Positions 1-13,384 of a stretch of DNA of 64,000 nucleotides are shown one piece after another. The stretch covers positions 5,580,001-5,644,000 of the forward strand of contig OZ176057.1 in NCBI GenBank assembly GCA_964247055.1. The letters are read 5' to 3'. Within the stretch, counting starts at the first letter, position 1. Every line of letters starts with the position of its first letter. Below the pieces are notes generated by a model, which did not search any database, was not told where the DNA came from, and saw only the letters and a list, made by a program, of their open reading frames with translations. This DNA is from Paragordius varius. Taxonomy: Eukaryota > Animalia > Nematomorpha. Made by a program: the position numbers and the translations under genes.

Positions 1-2221
1 ATTATTTTTTGAATCTTATTTTCCGCCAAGGTGTGAGACCGTAAAAATTCAATGAGGATTCCAGGTATTCCCTGTTAAAAGGCAAAAATTTTAGTCGTTC
101 TTATATATTGGCTGCTGGCTAAGGAGATACCCGCTAAAAACTGTCCCGTCATATCGAAATAGCGTCCTTTAGGGGCTAAATTTCAGAAAACCTATCAGGT
201 CATATGAGTTTAATAGGTGATTAGAATATTACCTGTAACAAGGCTTGAATTTAGGCCGTACGGTTTTTTAAAATTAGCCGTTAGTTAGGTCCTTCACCCT
301 GAAAAATGCGCTACCATAGAATAATTTTTTAGTTTTGAGGAAATTTTTCTTAAATAATGAGAGCATATGGAATCAATAATGCCATGTTTTCTCCGTAAAA
401 AGGCAAAATTTTTAATCAAGCGCTTTTTTGTATCAGTCTCTGGATAGGGAGCTACCCGCCTAAAACTGCGCCCCCATATCGAGATTGTGTTGTTTAGGAG
501 TTATTTTTCAGAAAAATTATCAGGCCCATATGTTAAATAAGGGCCTGAAATATTACCCGTAAAATGCAAATTTAGGTCGAGCGGTTTTTTTAAATTAGCC
601 GTTAACTAGGCCCTTTACGCCCTAGAAAATGCGCTATCATTGAACTATTATTTGGTTTAGAAGCAATTGTTCCAAAAACTAAAAGGAACATAATGAATGA
701 TTCCAGGTATTCCCCTATAATGGCAAAATTTTTATCGAACGTCTTTTTATATTGCCCTCTGGATAGAGACTACCCGCCTACAACTGCGTCACCATATCGA
801 TACAGCGTGTTGGAGGCAAATTTTAGAAATCTTATCAGGCCATATGATTTAAATTAGGGCTTGAAATATTACCGTAAAAAGGCAAAAATTTAAGTAAAGC
901 GGTTTTATTAAATTACCTTTTAATTAGGCCTTGCCCTGAAAAATGCGCCATTATACAATGATTTTTTGGTTTTGAGGCAAGTTTTCGAATCCCACGAGAG
1001 CATATGGAATTAATCATGATTCCATGTATAATCCGAATCAAGGCAAACATTTTAATCGAGCGTTTTTTGTTTCGCCCCTGGTTTAGGGGCTACCCGTATA
1101 AAACTGCGAAACCATATCGATACAGCATGCCTTTGGAGCCAAATTTCAGAAACCTTTGAGTTTAATAGAATATGGATTTCCTGATAATTCCAGATATTCC
1201 CCATATAAAGGCAAATTTGCCCAGAGCTTTTTTATACCTGTACCTGGGTTAGGAGTTACCCGCCAAAAACTGCGCCACTATAAGGAAATTGCGTTGTTCT
1301 AGAGATAATTTACAGAAAATTTATGAAGCCATATGAGCTAAAAGCTTGAAATATTACCCGTAACTAGGTAAAGGTCATGTGTTTTTTATTAGCTGTTAAT
1401 TTGGGGCCTTTATGCCCTAAAAATACATGCCATCATATAACAATCATTTACAGTCATGTATCTTTTATTTTATTAAAAATTTATTTTTTTTTGTTAAATG
1501 GGTATAAATATTTGGTAAAGAATGGAAAAAACAAGAGCTCTATGGTAATTCTTATACTTTTTTGATGAATATGATATTAATACCATAGAGCTCTTGTTTG
1601 TTCCATTCTTTACTAAATATTTATACCCATTTAACGACAAAAAATAAATTTTTGAAAATTAAATTATACATGACTGTAGCATTGAGGTATTTTTTTGAAT
1701 GACCCATGAGACGATGGTATCAAAGATGATTCCAAATGTTTGCCCTATAGAGGCAAAGAATTTAACTCAGCGCTTTTTTCATATAGGACTATGGATAGGG
1801 ATCCGGTTTAAAACTGAACGCCATACAAAAATAGCTTGGTTTTAGAGCTAATTTTCAAAAAACTTAAGCCATAGAGTTCAGTTAAACACATTTCTGGGGA
1901 ATTTGTATAATATCATTCTTTTCTTTAAAAAGGGACCCTAAAAGATTTACTTTTCATATCCCTTGATCCCAGCTTTGTGAACTCAAAATAAAACTTTAAA
2001 CCATGGTTTCGTAAAATGAAAAGAGGGACAGTTTTTTGTTCAATTTTCAGTAAACAATATTTGAGCCTATGCAAAACGTAAAAAAATAATTAAAGATATT
2101 CTTTTTATTAAATATGTTTTTTATTAATTTTTTTATCTCCGATTACCTCTATTTATTGCAAATTATTAGGAATAATTATCGGTGAGACTGCGTCACAGGG
2201 AAGCGTGACAGGGCCAGCTAG
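1..2221 (+). mobile_element. Non-autonomous Helitron, family H1 (5' end outside window), with about 8 diverged ~160-bp internal subrepeats at 1-1430
   Basis: Ends in hairpin GTCAC-AGGGAAGC-GTGAC followed by AGGGCCAG-CTAG|T (CTAG 2218-2221); near-identical 3' end at 13135-13164; internal sequence shared with 12385-13164. Confidence 0.8.
1451..1676. mobile_element. Palindromic Tc1/mariner-type MITE nested in the Helitron
   Basis: TA|CAGTCATG...CATGACTG|TA with long inverted arms; absent (single TA) from the homologous Helitron copy near 12670. Confidence 0.8.
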
Positions 2222-2580
2222 TATATTATAGATTTTTAATTTTGAGTCAGGTATCTAAAATTTTAAGTTGATGAGCCATCCAAAATCATCTATTTTACCA
2301 CAAGTTTAGCATAATGTTTTCAGGCATAATGCATAATAATTATAGAGCATTTTCTAATTTAATCAAACCTCCAACACAATTATTTATAATTGTTTATATA
2401 TTTTTCCTTATTTGAATCAAAATTATTTGACCACTTGGTGAATATCCCAAATTGCTTCACGTTTTACTATTCATATTCTTAGGAGCTCTTTTGTAGATTA
2501 AATAAAATGGGCAAAAAAACGTAACAACATATTATTATTTTTAATTGAATAAACATTACATTTGAAATAAATTGCCACTT

Positions 2581-2771
2581 TACAGATGAAGTATACATTG
2601 CTAGAAAGTTATTAATTATTGCCAAATAGCATGCATATAAAGGTCAGTATTATTGGCTAATAGTTATTTTTTCACTCCATACTATTATTAGCCAATAATA
2701 ATTCTCTTTGGTGCATATACTATTTGGCAATAATTAAAAACTTTCCAACAATTTATACTTACTCATACTGT
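2581..2771. mobile_element. ~190-bp palindromic MITE (family D, CAGTATGA-type ends); related copies near 6985-7350, 14895-15075, 39555-39750, 51027-51200
   Basis: Inverted arms (TTGCCAAATAG / CTATTTGGCAA), ends ...TCATACTG|TA, several dispersed copies. Confidence 0.7.
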
Positions 2772-3148
2772 AAATTAACTTTTAGCGTTTATGAATATAT
2801 TTAAAATTAAGATTTAACAATTTTAAACATTGATTTTAAATTTGTTAAAATATACCTTCATTTAATTTAAGGTATTTTTGTCATTTAATTGTAAGGCGAT
2901 AACAAATTGTTCATCGAGTTAGGAAGAAAATATAATAAATTTAAGATGTATATTTTTAGTATTTTATTTAATCTATCGCGATTACTTAATTGATTCACCA
3001 CAGGTGTTTAATTATAATATAATTAAAATTATATTTTTTTTTTACTAATTAAAGCCAAGAAATTATAAATTATTTCTGATTTAATACAATTGTGCGAAAA
3101 ATACATACGGTATAAATCAATTTTTAAATTAAGATTAACAGTAAATAC

Positions 3149-3792
3149 CGGGCTTGGAACCGGAACCCAATTCCTTATATTTCAAGAGCCGGTTCCGGTT
3201 TCACCTCCTAAATTAGTGGTTCCCATATATTTTTTATTATACAGTAAAAATTGCAATTATACTGACAAGTAATATAATATTTTTTCACAAAAAGATCTTG
3301 ATTTTTATTAATTATAACTCATTGTTTTCAATCTACACTACAAAGTATAATACAAAAATGTAATTTTCTAATACAATCAATTATATATTTACAATATTAA
3401 TTGAAAGTATATATAGGATAAATTAAGGTTTAACAAAGTATGGTTGTCTTTTGATAAAAAATTTTTTTAGATACCATCCTTGATTTAATTCTCATGATGT
3501 ACCCTTATACGTTTACATTTTCCTATTATATTTTTACATTTATGATGCTACACTATATTTTTTTCACTATATACATTTGGCAATTTATAATAAATTGTTT
3601 AATTTATAATTGTTAATATTTTGGTTGTATTAATAGTATAAAAAATATTTTGTAAGAAAATCATTTAATAAAAAGTTAGGAACCGAAAATGGAACCGGTT
3701 CTCAGTATAAAGAACCGGTTCCGGAACCGCTAAATTTATAAGGAACCGACCCAGTTCCGGTTCCACTTTTTTTGAGCCGGTTCCAAGCCCTG
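3149..3792. mobile_element. hAT-type MITE with GGAACCGG subterminal repeats; contains a nested family-A MITE
   Basis: TIR C(G)GGCTTGGAACCGG / CCGGTTCCAAGCCCTG; exact 8-bp TSD GTAAATAC at 3141-3148 and 3793-3800. Confidence 0.85.
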
Positions 3793-4252
3793 GTAAATAC
3801 GCTATTAATACCAAAAGAATTTATACATAATTTTTGGTAATTTTTCCTAAAACTTTTTCCTATTTTGTCATTACATACCTAATAAATATATATATATATA
3901 TATACATAGTTTTTATAATAATATTAGCTATATTTTTAAATCTGTCAAGTGTACCCTATTTACCACCCTTTCAAAATCTTCAAGTTTTACTTGATTATAT
4001 GATTTTTCATCACCTCCGAATCAAGTTTTCATGCTTGACTTTATTTCTCAAATGTTAAAATTTTTTTATCTCATGAGAACAAGCCATGACTTGAAAACTT
4101 GTAAGTCAAGTCAAAAAAAAATTTACCACCTCACCCATTATTTGCATTTATTGAATTTCAATTATTTGCCAAAAAAAATAATTTTTATTTTAACCCAAAC
4201 ATTTTTTAAAATTAATATGTGAACCGCAACATCATTTAGTAAAATTTTTATA

Positions 4253-4473
4253 CAGTAAAAATATAATTATACAGAATTAAAAATATAATGACAAATATTT
4301 TTTCCAAAAAACAACCTTTAAATTACATAGTTGATTGTGTTATTATATACACATCTATATAATTTGCAGTTGCATAAAAAACGTATGTAAAAAAGTACAC
4401 AGTGGTATTTTGAAAAAATAATTTATCTTTATATTTTTATGTTTAGCCTCCGTATAATTTTAATTTTTACTGT
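4253..4473. mobile_element. Family-A Tc1/mariner-type MITE (example copy); many further copies, e.g. near 8395, 8541, 10090, 34020, 35940, 40508, 41008, 42895, 45601, 46047, 52000, 52530, 54388, 55608, 56168, 56430, 61005
   Basis: TA|CAGTAAAAA(T/C)TGAAATTATACGGACAAAACG ... CGTTTTGTCCGTATAATTTCAATTTTTACTG|TA long TIRs recurring throughout the window. Confidence 0.8.
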
Positions 4474-4483
4474 TAAATTTTAA

Positions 4484-7400
4484 TCAATTTCTTGGTCGTT
4501 TGTAAACCGTGATATGCTCAGCCAGTTTTCCATCAACATAAATGTTTTTCAAGAAACTTATCTTGGGACTTGTTTGACTATACTCTTGATCTCTAATGGT
4601 AATATTACATTCACCTATCGGATCCTTGTAATATTGATTACAGGAGGGTAAAGTGTAATTAGTCATGTCAGATATCTTTGCAACTGTTTTCTTGGGGGTT
4701 TGAATGAAATTTATCTTATGGACAAGAACAGGATAAATTCCCTTCTTTGCAAAAATTGCAATATTTATATTTTCATCCATAAACCAAGTGTCGTCAATAA
4801 CATATTTTGGGTCGATCATGTGTCTGCCATTACGGAACCAAATGAAAAAGTCATCATTATTGAGTTTTTGATGAAAATAATCGTTTTTGTTAATTTCTAT
4901 GTGTATTAACTGGCCAACGGTTACAGATCTTGTTTCACGCAACTCTATCAGATTATAAATATAAAAATAAATTTATTCCGCTGCAATAATTAGTATTTAA
5001 AATAGCGGTGCTATATGATTATCAGATTAGACGAGCACGAGGCTTTATAAGCCGCAATAAAGAAAATAGTTGGCATCATTAAAACAATATTTTTAATTAA
5101 TACAATCTTAATTCAAGTTAGCAAAACCATCAATTCGCAACTTATTACTAGTTAATTAAAATTGATTAAAAAATATTGAATATATTAAATTAGGTTAATA
5201 ACAAGTTGTTAAACCCTTTATGAAAAAACTCCTAGTCCTTTTTCGTAATCTGTATTAATGGTAATTTTTTCAAAGAAAAATAAATAATTTTATTCTTTGA
5301 AAATAATCTGGAGAGAATATTTGAGAAATGATACATTCTCTCAAGTAGTATACAATTTTTGGTCAAAATCAAAATTTTTCCAATCACAACTTTTTATATT
5401 GTTTTACGCACAATCCATTCAACGTGCGCATCCTTTTACCAGGGGTCAAAAAACCGTATTTTGATAAAAAAAACATGTAATTATATAAGGAAATCAATTG
5501 TGTGTATATTATTTTAAATATTATATATACATAATATTTTTCACATTTCGCCCATCTCTTACGTAATATATGAATGCCGTGAAAGGATATCGATTTTCTG
5601 AAAGCCATTTGTCAAGTCATTTTCCAACATTTTTAAAATGCTACTTTGCAACGGTGTTTCCCATTAACCTAGTTGTAATGGTAAGATAGCGCCATGAGAG
5701 GAGAGTTTCGAAGATGCGAAAGAATTTTCTATCGTGATTATATGATGTTGTTCTCTAGTTTTATTTTGCTGTCTCCGAGGTTGTGTTTTAAAAGATAACT
5801 TACAATACCCTTCTTCCATTTGGACACGGATTTCTCGCCAGAGCAATTTGGCTTGGTGTTGATAGACCGGCTTGACAAGGTTCCGCTTTGGATTAACAAA
5901 AATCCAATTTTCGTCACCCGTCCCAATTGGATGCAAAAATGATCTTTTGCGGCGTTTAATCAGGATTTTATGAGTAAATTTGCGATCTTGTTACCCCTAT
6001 AAATCCTAGCTTAAAGTCAGATTTTTCTATGGATTTGACATTCATTCATTTGTACGACCAATCTACCGAGTTTTTTGGTTCTTCCCATTGCTTGTAGACA
6101 TCTATCGATTGTTTTTTGTGATACATGTAATGCTTCTGCCAATTGTTGTTAAGTTTGACGGGTTATTCAATAACTATTATACTTTAGCGTCTTGGCAGTT
6201 GTGCGGTCTAGAGCGCCCATACTCTTTTACTCAAGATTACAACATTTAATAATTTGAAACCATGTTGAACAAATGTCAATCGATGGAGGATGTTCACCAT
6301 AGGTTTCTGCCAGCAAACAAACCTTTTTCTTCTGATGGCAATGCATACCGAATATTATTTTCAGGCGCGAAATTTGACAGATAATTGAAGGATAAAAATA
6401 AGTATGTTGTGTGTGTTAGTAATTTATCGTCATATAAACAAAAGCGTTGTGTATACAGTATACTAATTGTCTGCGTATTCGCAGACTATTTTTCTTAAAT
6501 AAAGTAAACAAGTAAAGGGTGTAGCGTCAAATTGTCGGCCACCTCTGTCTAAGCATTCCCTACCCACCCATAGCGAGATTCAGACCGGAGAAAATAAGCC
6601 AGTAAAAACTTATGAGTACACTTGTACATATATTTAAATGATTATTTGTATATTTTTCTATATATATACCAATTCAAATATTTTAGCATGATTGTTAATT
6701 TCGTAAATTCGTATGTTATTGTAAAATGATAAGTTTTATGTTTGCTTATAGACAATAAGTGTTAAATAAAATTCGTTTACCTATGTATTTTACATTATTC
6801 CTCGTGCTGCAATATTCACAAACAAGCTTGTTATTATATGATTCAACATGCACATTATGTTGTTGAGTACAGTTGTATGGGGTAAATAAAACAATATGTC
6901 AAAATCAATCAATTTTTTTCTATCTTACAACAATAATTTTGTTTGTTTAATTTGGGCAATATTTGTTTGACATAAGGAGTAAGGATACATTGCTAATTTT
7001 TCATTAATTATTGCCAAATAGCATATACAGCAAAGGGCAGTATTATTGGCATATAATTGCCAATAATAATTCTCTTTGCGGCTGCATAAGCTATTTGGTA
7101 ATAATAAATTAAAAGCTAGCAATGCACACCTACTCATACTGTAAAACAAACGCTGCTATGTTAGAAATCAAACAATGTACATAGTTCAGCATAAATGTAC
7201 ATAATGTATTAGCTAGAAAACTAATTATTGCCACCAAATAGCATAAATAGCAAAGGGCAGTATTATTGGCATATAGTTATTTTTATCACTTTTTACTATT
7301 ATTAGCCAATAAAAATGCTCTATGTTTTATATGCTTGCTATCTGGCCATATTTAATAAAAAACAACTATATGTACAGTTTTACTCACATCATTACAACAT

Positions 7401-10400
7401 ATCAATAGGCATATCCAAATACTCTATGAGTCAAATATACATATAACTGCTGAATAACTAATATTTAACAAAATTGCTTATCAAAATTATCAAATTAATA
7501 ATTGATAAAATTCTACCCATCAAAAATATGCTCCCATATGCTATCAATCGGTTATCTACATGGAGGCAATACATGTCGTCAAAATCGATTTTCATTTTGG
7601 GTGCCATATCTTCAATTTCCTCGTGTGTTGCGTTAAATTGTATAGCAAAATTACTGAAAGTTAGTTTAACTTTTCGGCCATCATAGTAAGGAATTTCCTT
7701 GTTGAAAATATTTCCCCCAACAAAAGCCATGTGATCTATCTTTTGAGTTTTATTTTCTGTTGTGTAGGTATAAAATAAAAAAAATTTGAGTTAAAGTTTG
7801 TTACTAATTATTGGCCTTTAATTTACTCAAAATATAATTTTACCAAATTTATTTCAATAAAACTGAATATAATAAAAATGATAGAAGCGATACTTTAGTT
7901 CAGGAATGTACAGCACAAATGACTTCGCGGGCCGTATTTTTAATCAAAAGAAATGGGTTTGAAATTGGCATTTATATATTTTTTATGGATTTTAATCAGA
8001 TGATTGTGAATAAAAATATTCATACGATATATTTACGATTTATTTAACCACTATTCACCAGTTCGTAGCTTAAATTGTATAGATTTGGTGAAAAAATTGA
8101 TAACGATATATCTATTTTGCTGAAATTTGTAGGGATTTTAATTTTTCGAGGGCCACATGTTGACTCCTGATTTAGACATATGTGAATGAGCTTAAAGCTA
8201 AGTATTTCGGTGAATTCGACTCAAAAAACGCAAGCAAATGAATTAAAAATCAAATTTTTTTGTAAATGAATATATTATTATGAACCATCATTTATGTGCA
8301 ATTTCGAAATTATGAACTTTATACATATCAAAATATGAGGCACATATGGATTTTATAAAACTAAATTTCATGCCCTTTTATTTAAATGTTCTACAGTAAA
8401 AAAAATAATACGGCGAAAAACATAAAAATATAGAGACAAATATTTTTTATCAAAAAACAACCATACTTTTTAAAACGTGAAAATATACAATTCAATTACA
8501 ATTGTGAAATACCAATCTCATGCTTGCAGTTTAAAAACAATTACAGTAAAAATTGAATTTATACGAACAAAACGTAAAAATATAAAGACAAATATTTATA
8601 AAACGAACATACTTTTTTAAATATTAGTTTTTCTTATATAAAATAAAATTAATTACGCATGGAAAATATAAAATTGATTGTGTTAGTAATAGACATCTCT
8701 ATTTCATGCTTTGTGTATTTGAATAATGAGCTCTAATTTAAAAAAAAAATAAGATTTAAAAAGTATGGTTGTCTTTAGAAAAAAATATTTGTTTTTATAT
8801 TTTTATATTTTTCCCGTATAATTCCAACTTATTTATAGTAAAAATGTACAGCGGTTTTAAATATGCCATTTGCACTTCAAGAGCGCCCTTGAACAATTTA
8901 AGGTGGTTATTAAAATTTTTATATTTGAATTTAACCATAATTTTTGCATTGATTTTTTTATTTTATTACTTTTCAACCTAATTTGTTCATAATATTATTC
9001 ATTTAAAAAAATTTTCATTCAAAACTATTTTTTTTAAAATAAAATTTTCCAATTCAACAATATTATTAATTTAAAATTATTTTAATAATAAATTGGAAAT
9101 AATAACCCAGAAAACCCATATATTTTTTAACCTATATGTTAAAACCTTATTAATATATATACCATTTACAGATCTCATTCACCCTTGAACAATTCACACC
9201 CTTCGATTCAAAACTTTGTGTTTTTAAAAATTAAAAAATTTTATTTTATAATATTTTCAAAATATATAATTCTCTTTAAAATTAATATAATGATGGGAAA
9301 ATAATAAATTATGTCGAAAAAATATATTCGATATTAATGATGCGTTATATTACATCAAAAACACAAAATTTATTTATTGGGAGAATTTGAATTGTTTAAG
9401 GGTTAATTTGACTAGGGTGAATTGAATTGAAAATGGTATATAATATTTTTCAATAAATTATATAGATTGTTTCTATTAAAAGTTGATATTGATATTGATT
9501 TATGCCAAATAAGGAAAATAGGTTAAAAATGATAAAAATAGATGAATGATATACGATTTGATTATAAAATATAAAAAAAAATTGAAAAAAAAATGAAAGA
9601 CCAATTTCAAATGTTTTCAAGGAGACCAACTTAAAGTGTTTAAGGACCAATTTCAACTGTTCAAGGAGTCAACTTAAAGTGTTCAAGGACCAATTCAAGT
9701 GCAAATTGTATATTTGCCCATATAATTTTACACTATGTAGCAAAAACTATTATATAATATACACAAATAAATACCGATTATGATAAAATTATCTTGTCCA
9801 AACATCTTCTCTTTGTACATAAGCGTGATGATGCCATTTCGTTTATGTTGTAAAATTGGATGAAAATTTAAAAGTTTAACTCTCACAGCTGTATTGTTAA
9901 CCTTTTCAATCTCAAAATTTTCTTTATAATAAGTTGTGTCATTTATTTTTATAGTCCAATCTTCGGAAAGTTCATCGGATTCTGGAATTTCAAAAATTGC
10001 TTCCCAATCCCCACACCATACCCATTTATACGTTTCCCTAGCTAATAGTATATATATATATATATATGTCGAAAATAAAAATTATTTTGATATAAAATTA
10101 AAGTTATACTGACAAAACGTGAAAATATAAAGGCAAATATGATTTTTAAAGACTTCTGCGCTTTTGTATTCTTTTTTAATTGAATATAACTCATTGTTGT
10201 AAACAGCAAATTATAAAGTAAAAAGGTAAATGTAATAAAATCATTTATAAAGGAAAAAAGGTTATAAAAGTATGGTGGTATTTTTAACAAAGATTTTGTC
10301 CGTATAATTTAATTCTGTTTATGGGTATGCTAAAAAAACGATTATTATATTTATTTATACCCTTGATCAGAATTTCATATTTAATTGGTAGGTTCTCCCC

Positions 10401-10637
10401 TTTTCTCAAACATGTATACGATCCACTAAAATTGGCCCTTTTTGGTATGAGTATATTATTATTATTATTATTATGTTTCCATTGAATTGGATTACAGAAT
10501 TCGGCTTCGATCGCAATATATTGTGAAACATTTTCCGATTCGAAAATATATATAGGACGCCCTTTTAATACATAGATTTGTAATATTATTATTATAGAAA
10601 ATAGTAGTATGGATATACGGCATGATGGTTGCTTCAT
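4484..10637 (-). CDS. Spliced gene for a ~414-aa secreted protein with Ig-like/beta-sandwich signatures; exons 10637-10361, 10041-9775, 7756-7517, 4944-4484
   Basis: All introns GT-AG and phase 1; exon lengths 277+267+240+461=1245 nt form one stop-free ORF; hydrophobic N-terminal signal-like segment (RISILLFSIIIILQIYVLKG); Ig-like motifs IQWKHN...NFSGSYTC and VTVGQ...IWFRNG; several NxS/T sequons; no obvious TM segment. Confidence 0.8.
5520..6390 (-). mobile_element. Decayed mariner transposase in intron 3 of the secreted-protein gene
   Basis: Fragmentary translations match mariner motifs: AETYGEHPPS...TWF, QQLAEALHVSQKTI, KRSFLHPIGTGDENWI...NPKR, GIHILRKRWAKC; many stops and frameshifts; boundaries approximate. 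Confidence 0.8.
8863..9712. mobile_element. TATACCATTT-type MITE (B2) with a nested B-family MITE at 9158-9440
   Basis: Outer ends (TA)TGCCATTTGCACTTCAAG / CAAGTGCAAATTGTATA; inner ends TATACCATTTAC / AAATGGTATA; both carry ~21-bp subterminal repeats. Confidence 0.65.
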
Positions 10638-11199
10638 TATTTGATATGCGAAGTTAATCAAAAATTGAGAGAAATAATTTTAATATTATTGATACAACAC
10701 AATGTATTTCCAAAAAAATAAAGTGTATTTCTTGGAAACAATGTTTGTTTTTTATAAACAACGCATAAAAATAAATAGCTATCTGTAATTTTTATATTAC
10801 TAAATGATGTATAATTTTGATTTGTTATACAGGGTATTATAAATTATTTCTGTCTGGCCAATCATATCTATACAGCGCTATGTATGTTAACGTTTACAGT
10901 AGAGTATATTGTAAAACGATAATTTGGCCATAATAAATAAATCATAGATACATTTGTTAGCATGAATGATCTTAAATTGTAACGCATTTGTTGTTTTTTA
11001 CCATACGCCATTGTAATTGATTGGATATTTGAACCAGCTTGCAAAATTTTGAGCCATAAATAATGTATTAAGGTTTTTTTATAAATACAGTAAAAATTGT
11101 TATTGTAAAAACATAAGGATAAACATGTTTTTTAATAATCTGCTGTTCTTTGTTGGCTTTTGATTTTATTTCAATATAATTTATAAATTATAAAATATA

Positions 11200-11773
11200 C
11201 TAGCGTAAATCTCGTGCTGCTACGCAGCCCGAGGAAGTCCTTCGGACTTTGGGGGGGGGGGGGGGAGGGGGCTATTTGAAATAAGGGACAATAAAGAGAT
11301 CAGCATATGTGGATTATTTCGAAACATTATTTAATAGATATGATTTTATAGGAATTTTAAAACGGAGCATTCATACTAATATATTGTTTAATTGGGAGAA
11401 AAAAAATTATTTTTGTGGACGTTATTTTTTTAAAAAATGGCATTTTACGGGGGGAGCGGGTAAAAAGAGGGACTAAATTAAAAAAGCGAGATGACTATGT
11501 TCGGCGCAATCGAAAATAAGTAAACATATATCATATTTGAAATTGAATGATCCAACACGTTCCAGAAAATTGTCTCAAAGACACGATTTTTGTGGACTAC
11601 TGTTTTCAAAAAAAAACGTTTTTCACACGGGGTGGGGCTGAACAGGGGGCCTATTTCAAAAAAGGGCGAAACTATTGTCGGGACATTCATTAATGATTAT
11701 ATTTTTTTGAACTTTGGATTCGAATGGGTCTACCGGTTCTCACAAAGCCAGCATTTTCCACTTTTAATATAGA
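11200..11773 (-). mobile_element. Complete non-autonomous Helitron, family H2
   Basis: On the minus strand: A|TCTATATT 5' end (11773); 3' hairpin CTCGGGCTGC-GTA-GCAGCACGAG then ATTTACG-CTAG|T (11200); AT target; second copy at 63167-63579. Confidence 0.85.
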
Positions 11774-11822
11774 TTACCATAAATAATGTTTTATTATCCA
11801 TATATTTTTTAACATCCTATAC

Positions 11823-13374
11823 CAGTTCTTAAACTATGGGTCGCGACCCCATTTGGGGTCGCGTAGCAAAATTATGGGGTCGCGAGTGATAAAAATACAA
11901 TACAAAAAATGTTTTTAAATGTAAAATTATTGTTATAAAGAAAAATAACAATTAACGTATATAAATATATCCTAAAACCTTCTGGTTCGGAAAAACTGTT
12001 TATACCAGCAATTTTATATCGATCATTATAATTTATATATTTTTAAAATAGGAAAATGCTGGCTTTGTGATCTGTTTCCGGAAAACCGATAGACCCATTC
12101 AAATCCAAATGTCAAAAAATATCATTAATGAATGCCAAAGCTTCGTTCTTTTGAATTAGGCCCCCAGTTCGGGCCCACCCCGTGTGAAAAACGGTTTTTT
12201 TTGAAAACATGAGTCCACAAAAATTGTCTTAAAAACAATTTTCCGGAAAACGTGTTGGTCGATTTCAAATATGGTTTTTTTACCTTTTTTCGATTGCGCC
12301 GAACATAGTCGGCTTACTTTTTTAGTTTAGGCTCTCTTTTTACCCTCTCCGTAAAATGCTATTTTTTTCAAAAAATCTAAATTTTTTGCCCAGGGTATGA
12401 GACAGTTAAAATTCAATGAGGATTCCAGGTATTCCCTGTTAAAAGGTTTTAGTCTTGCGTTTTAATATTGGTTGCTAGGTAAACAGATGGCCGCTAAAAC
12501 TGGCCCACTATATAGAATTGCGTTGTTTTGGAGCTAATTTACAGGTATGAAACCATATGAGCTCATTAAAAGCTTGAAATAATACCCGTAACTAGGTAAA
12601 AATTAAGGTCGGGCTTTTTTATTAGCCGTTAATTTGGGGTCTTTATGCCCTCGCCATAATATAACGATTATTTAGTGAGTAGGTATTTTATTGAATAACC
12701 TATGAGACGATGGTATGAAAGATAATTCCAAATATTTGCCCCTTAAAGAAAAATTTTACTCAGCGCTTTTTCCATACTATGGGTAGAGGTCTACCCGTTT
12801 AAAAATGGCGTAGTTTTGGAGCTTATTTTCATAAAAACTTAAGCACCCATACGAGTTCAGTTAAAATCACTTCTGGATAATTTGTATAACATAATTCTTT
12901 CCTTTAAAAAGGGACTACAAATGATTTACTTATATCCCTTGATCCCAGATGTGTGAACACAATTTCAAAAATAAAAATCTTAAAATAAATCAATCCAATG
13001 AAAAATAAATATGACAGTTTAAATATGGTCAATTTCGAGTAAATAATTTTGAGCCCAAAGACATTTTTTATTATTTTTTTATCTCAATAAAATTATTTAT
13101 TGCAAATTTAAGGAAAAATTATCAGTGGGACTACGTCACAGCGAAGCGTGACAGGGCCAGCTAGTATCTTGCATAAATTTACTATGAATCAGAAAATGTT
13201 ATAGAAATTTATAAAAAATGTAGATTTATTTTTGTCTATCTCTTAAAACCGAAATAATCCCGATAAATATTATCAACAAAATTTCTAAGTGTTATTATTT
13301 TTTTCTTTTATATTTGTTGGGGTCGTTAAACGCCATCATAAATAGGGTCGGGAACTAAAGTTTAAGAAGCCCTG
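11823..13374. mobile_element. hAT-type MITE (GGGGTCGCG subterminal motifs) interrupted by a Helitron
   Basis: TIR remnants CAGTTCTTAAACT / AGTTTAAGAAGCCCTG; exact 8-bp TSD TCCTATAC at 11815-11822 and 13375-13382. Confidence 0.8.
12032..13164 (+). mobile_element. Helitron H1 copy nested in the hAT MITE
   Basis: 3' hairpin GTCAC-A-GC-GAA-GC-GTGAC then CTAG|T at 13161-13165; 5' part is homologous to the H2 5' region; 5' TC not intact so the left boundary is approximate. Confidence 0.75.
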
Positions 13375-13384
13375 TCCTATACAT

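Noticed and set aside
11251-11271. G15-A-G5 run as a functional G-quadruplex
   Set aside because: Lies in a private insertion of one Helitron copy; homopolymer length is unreliable; no supporting context
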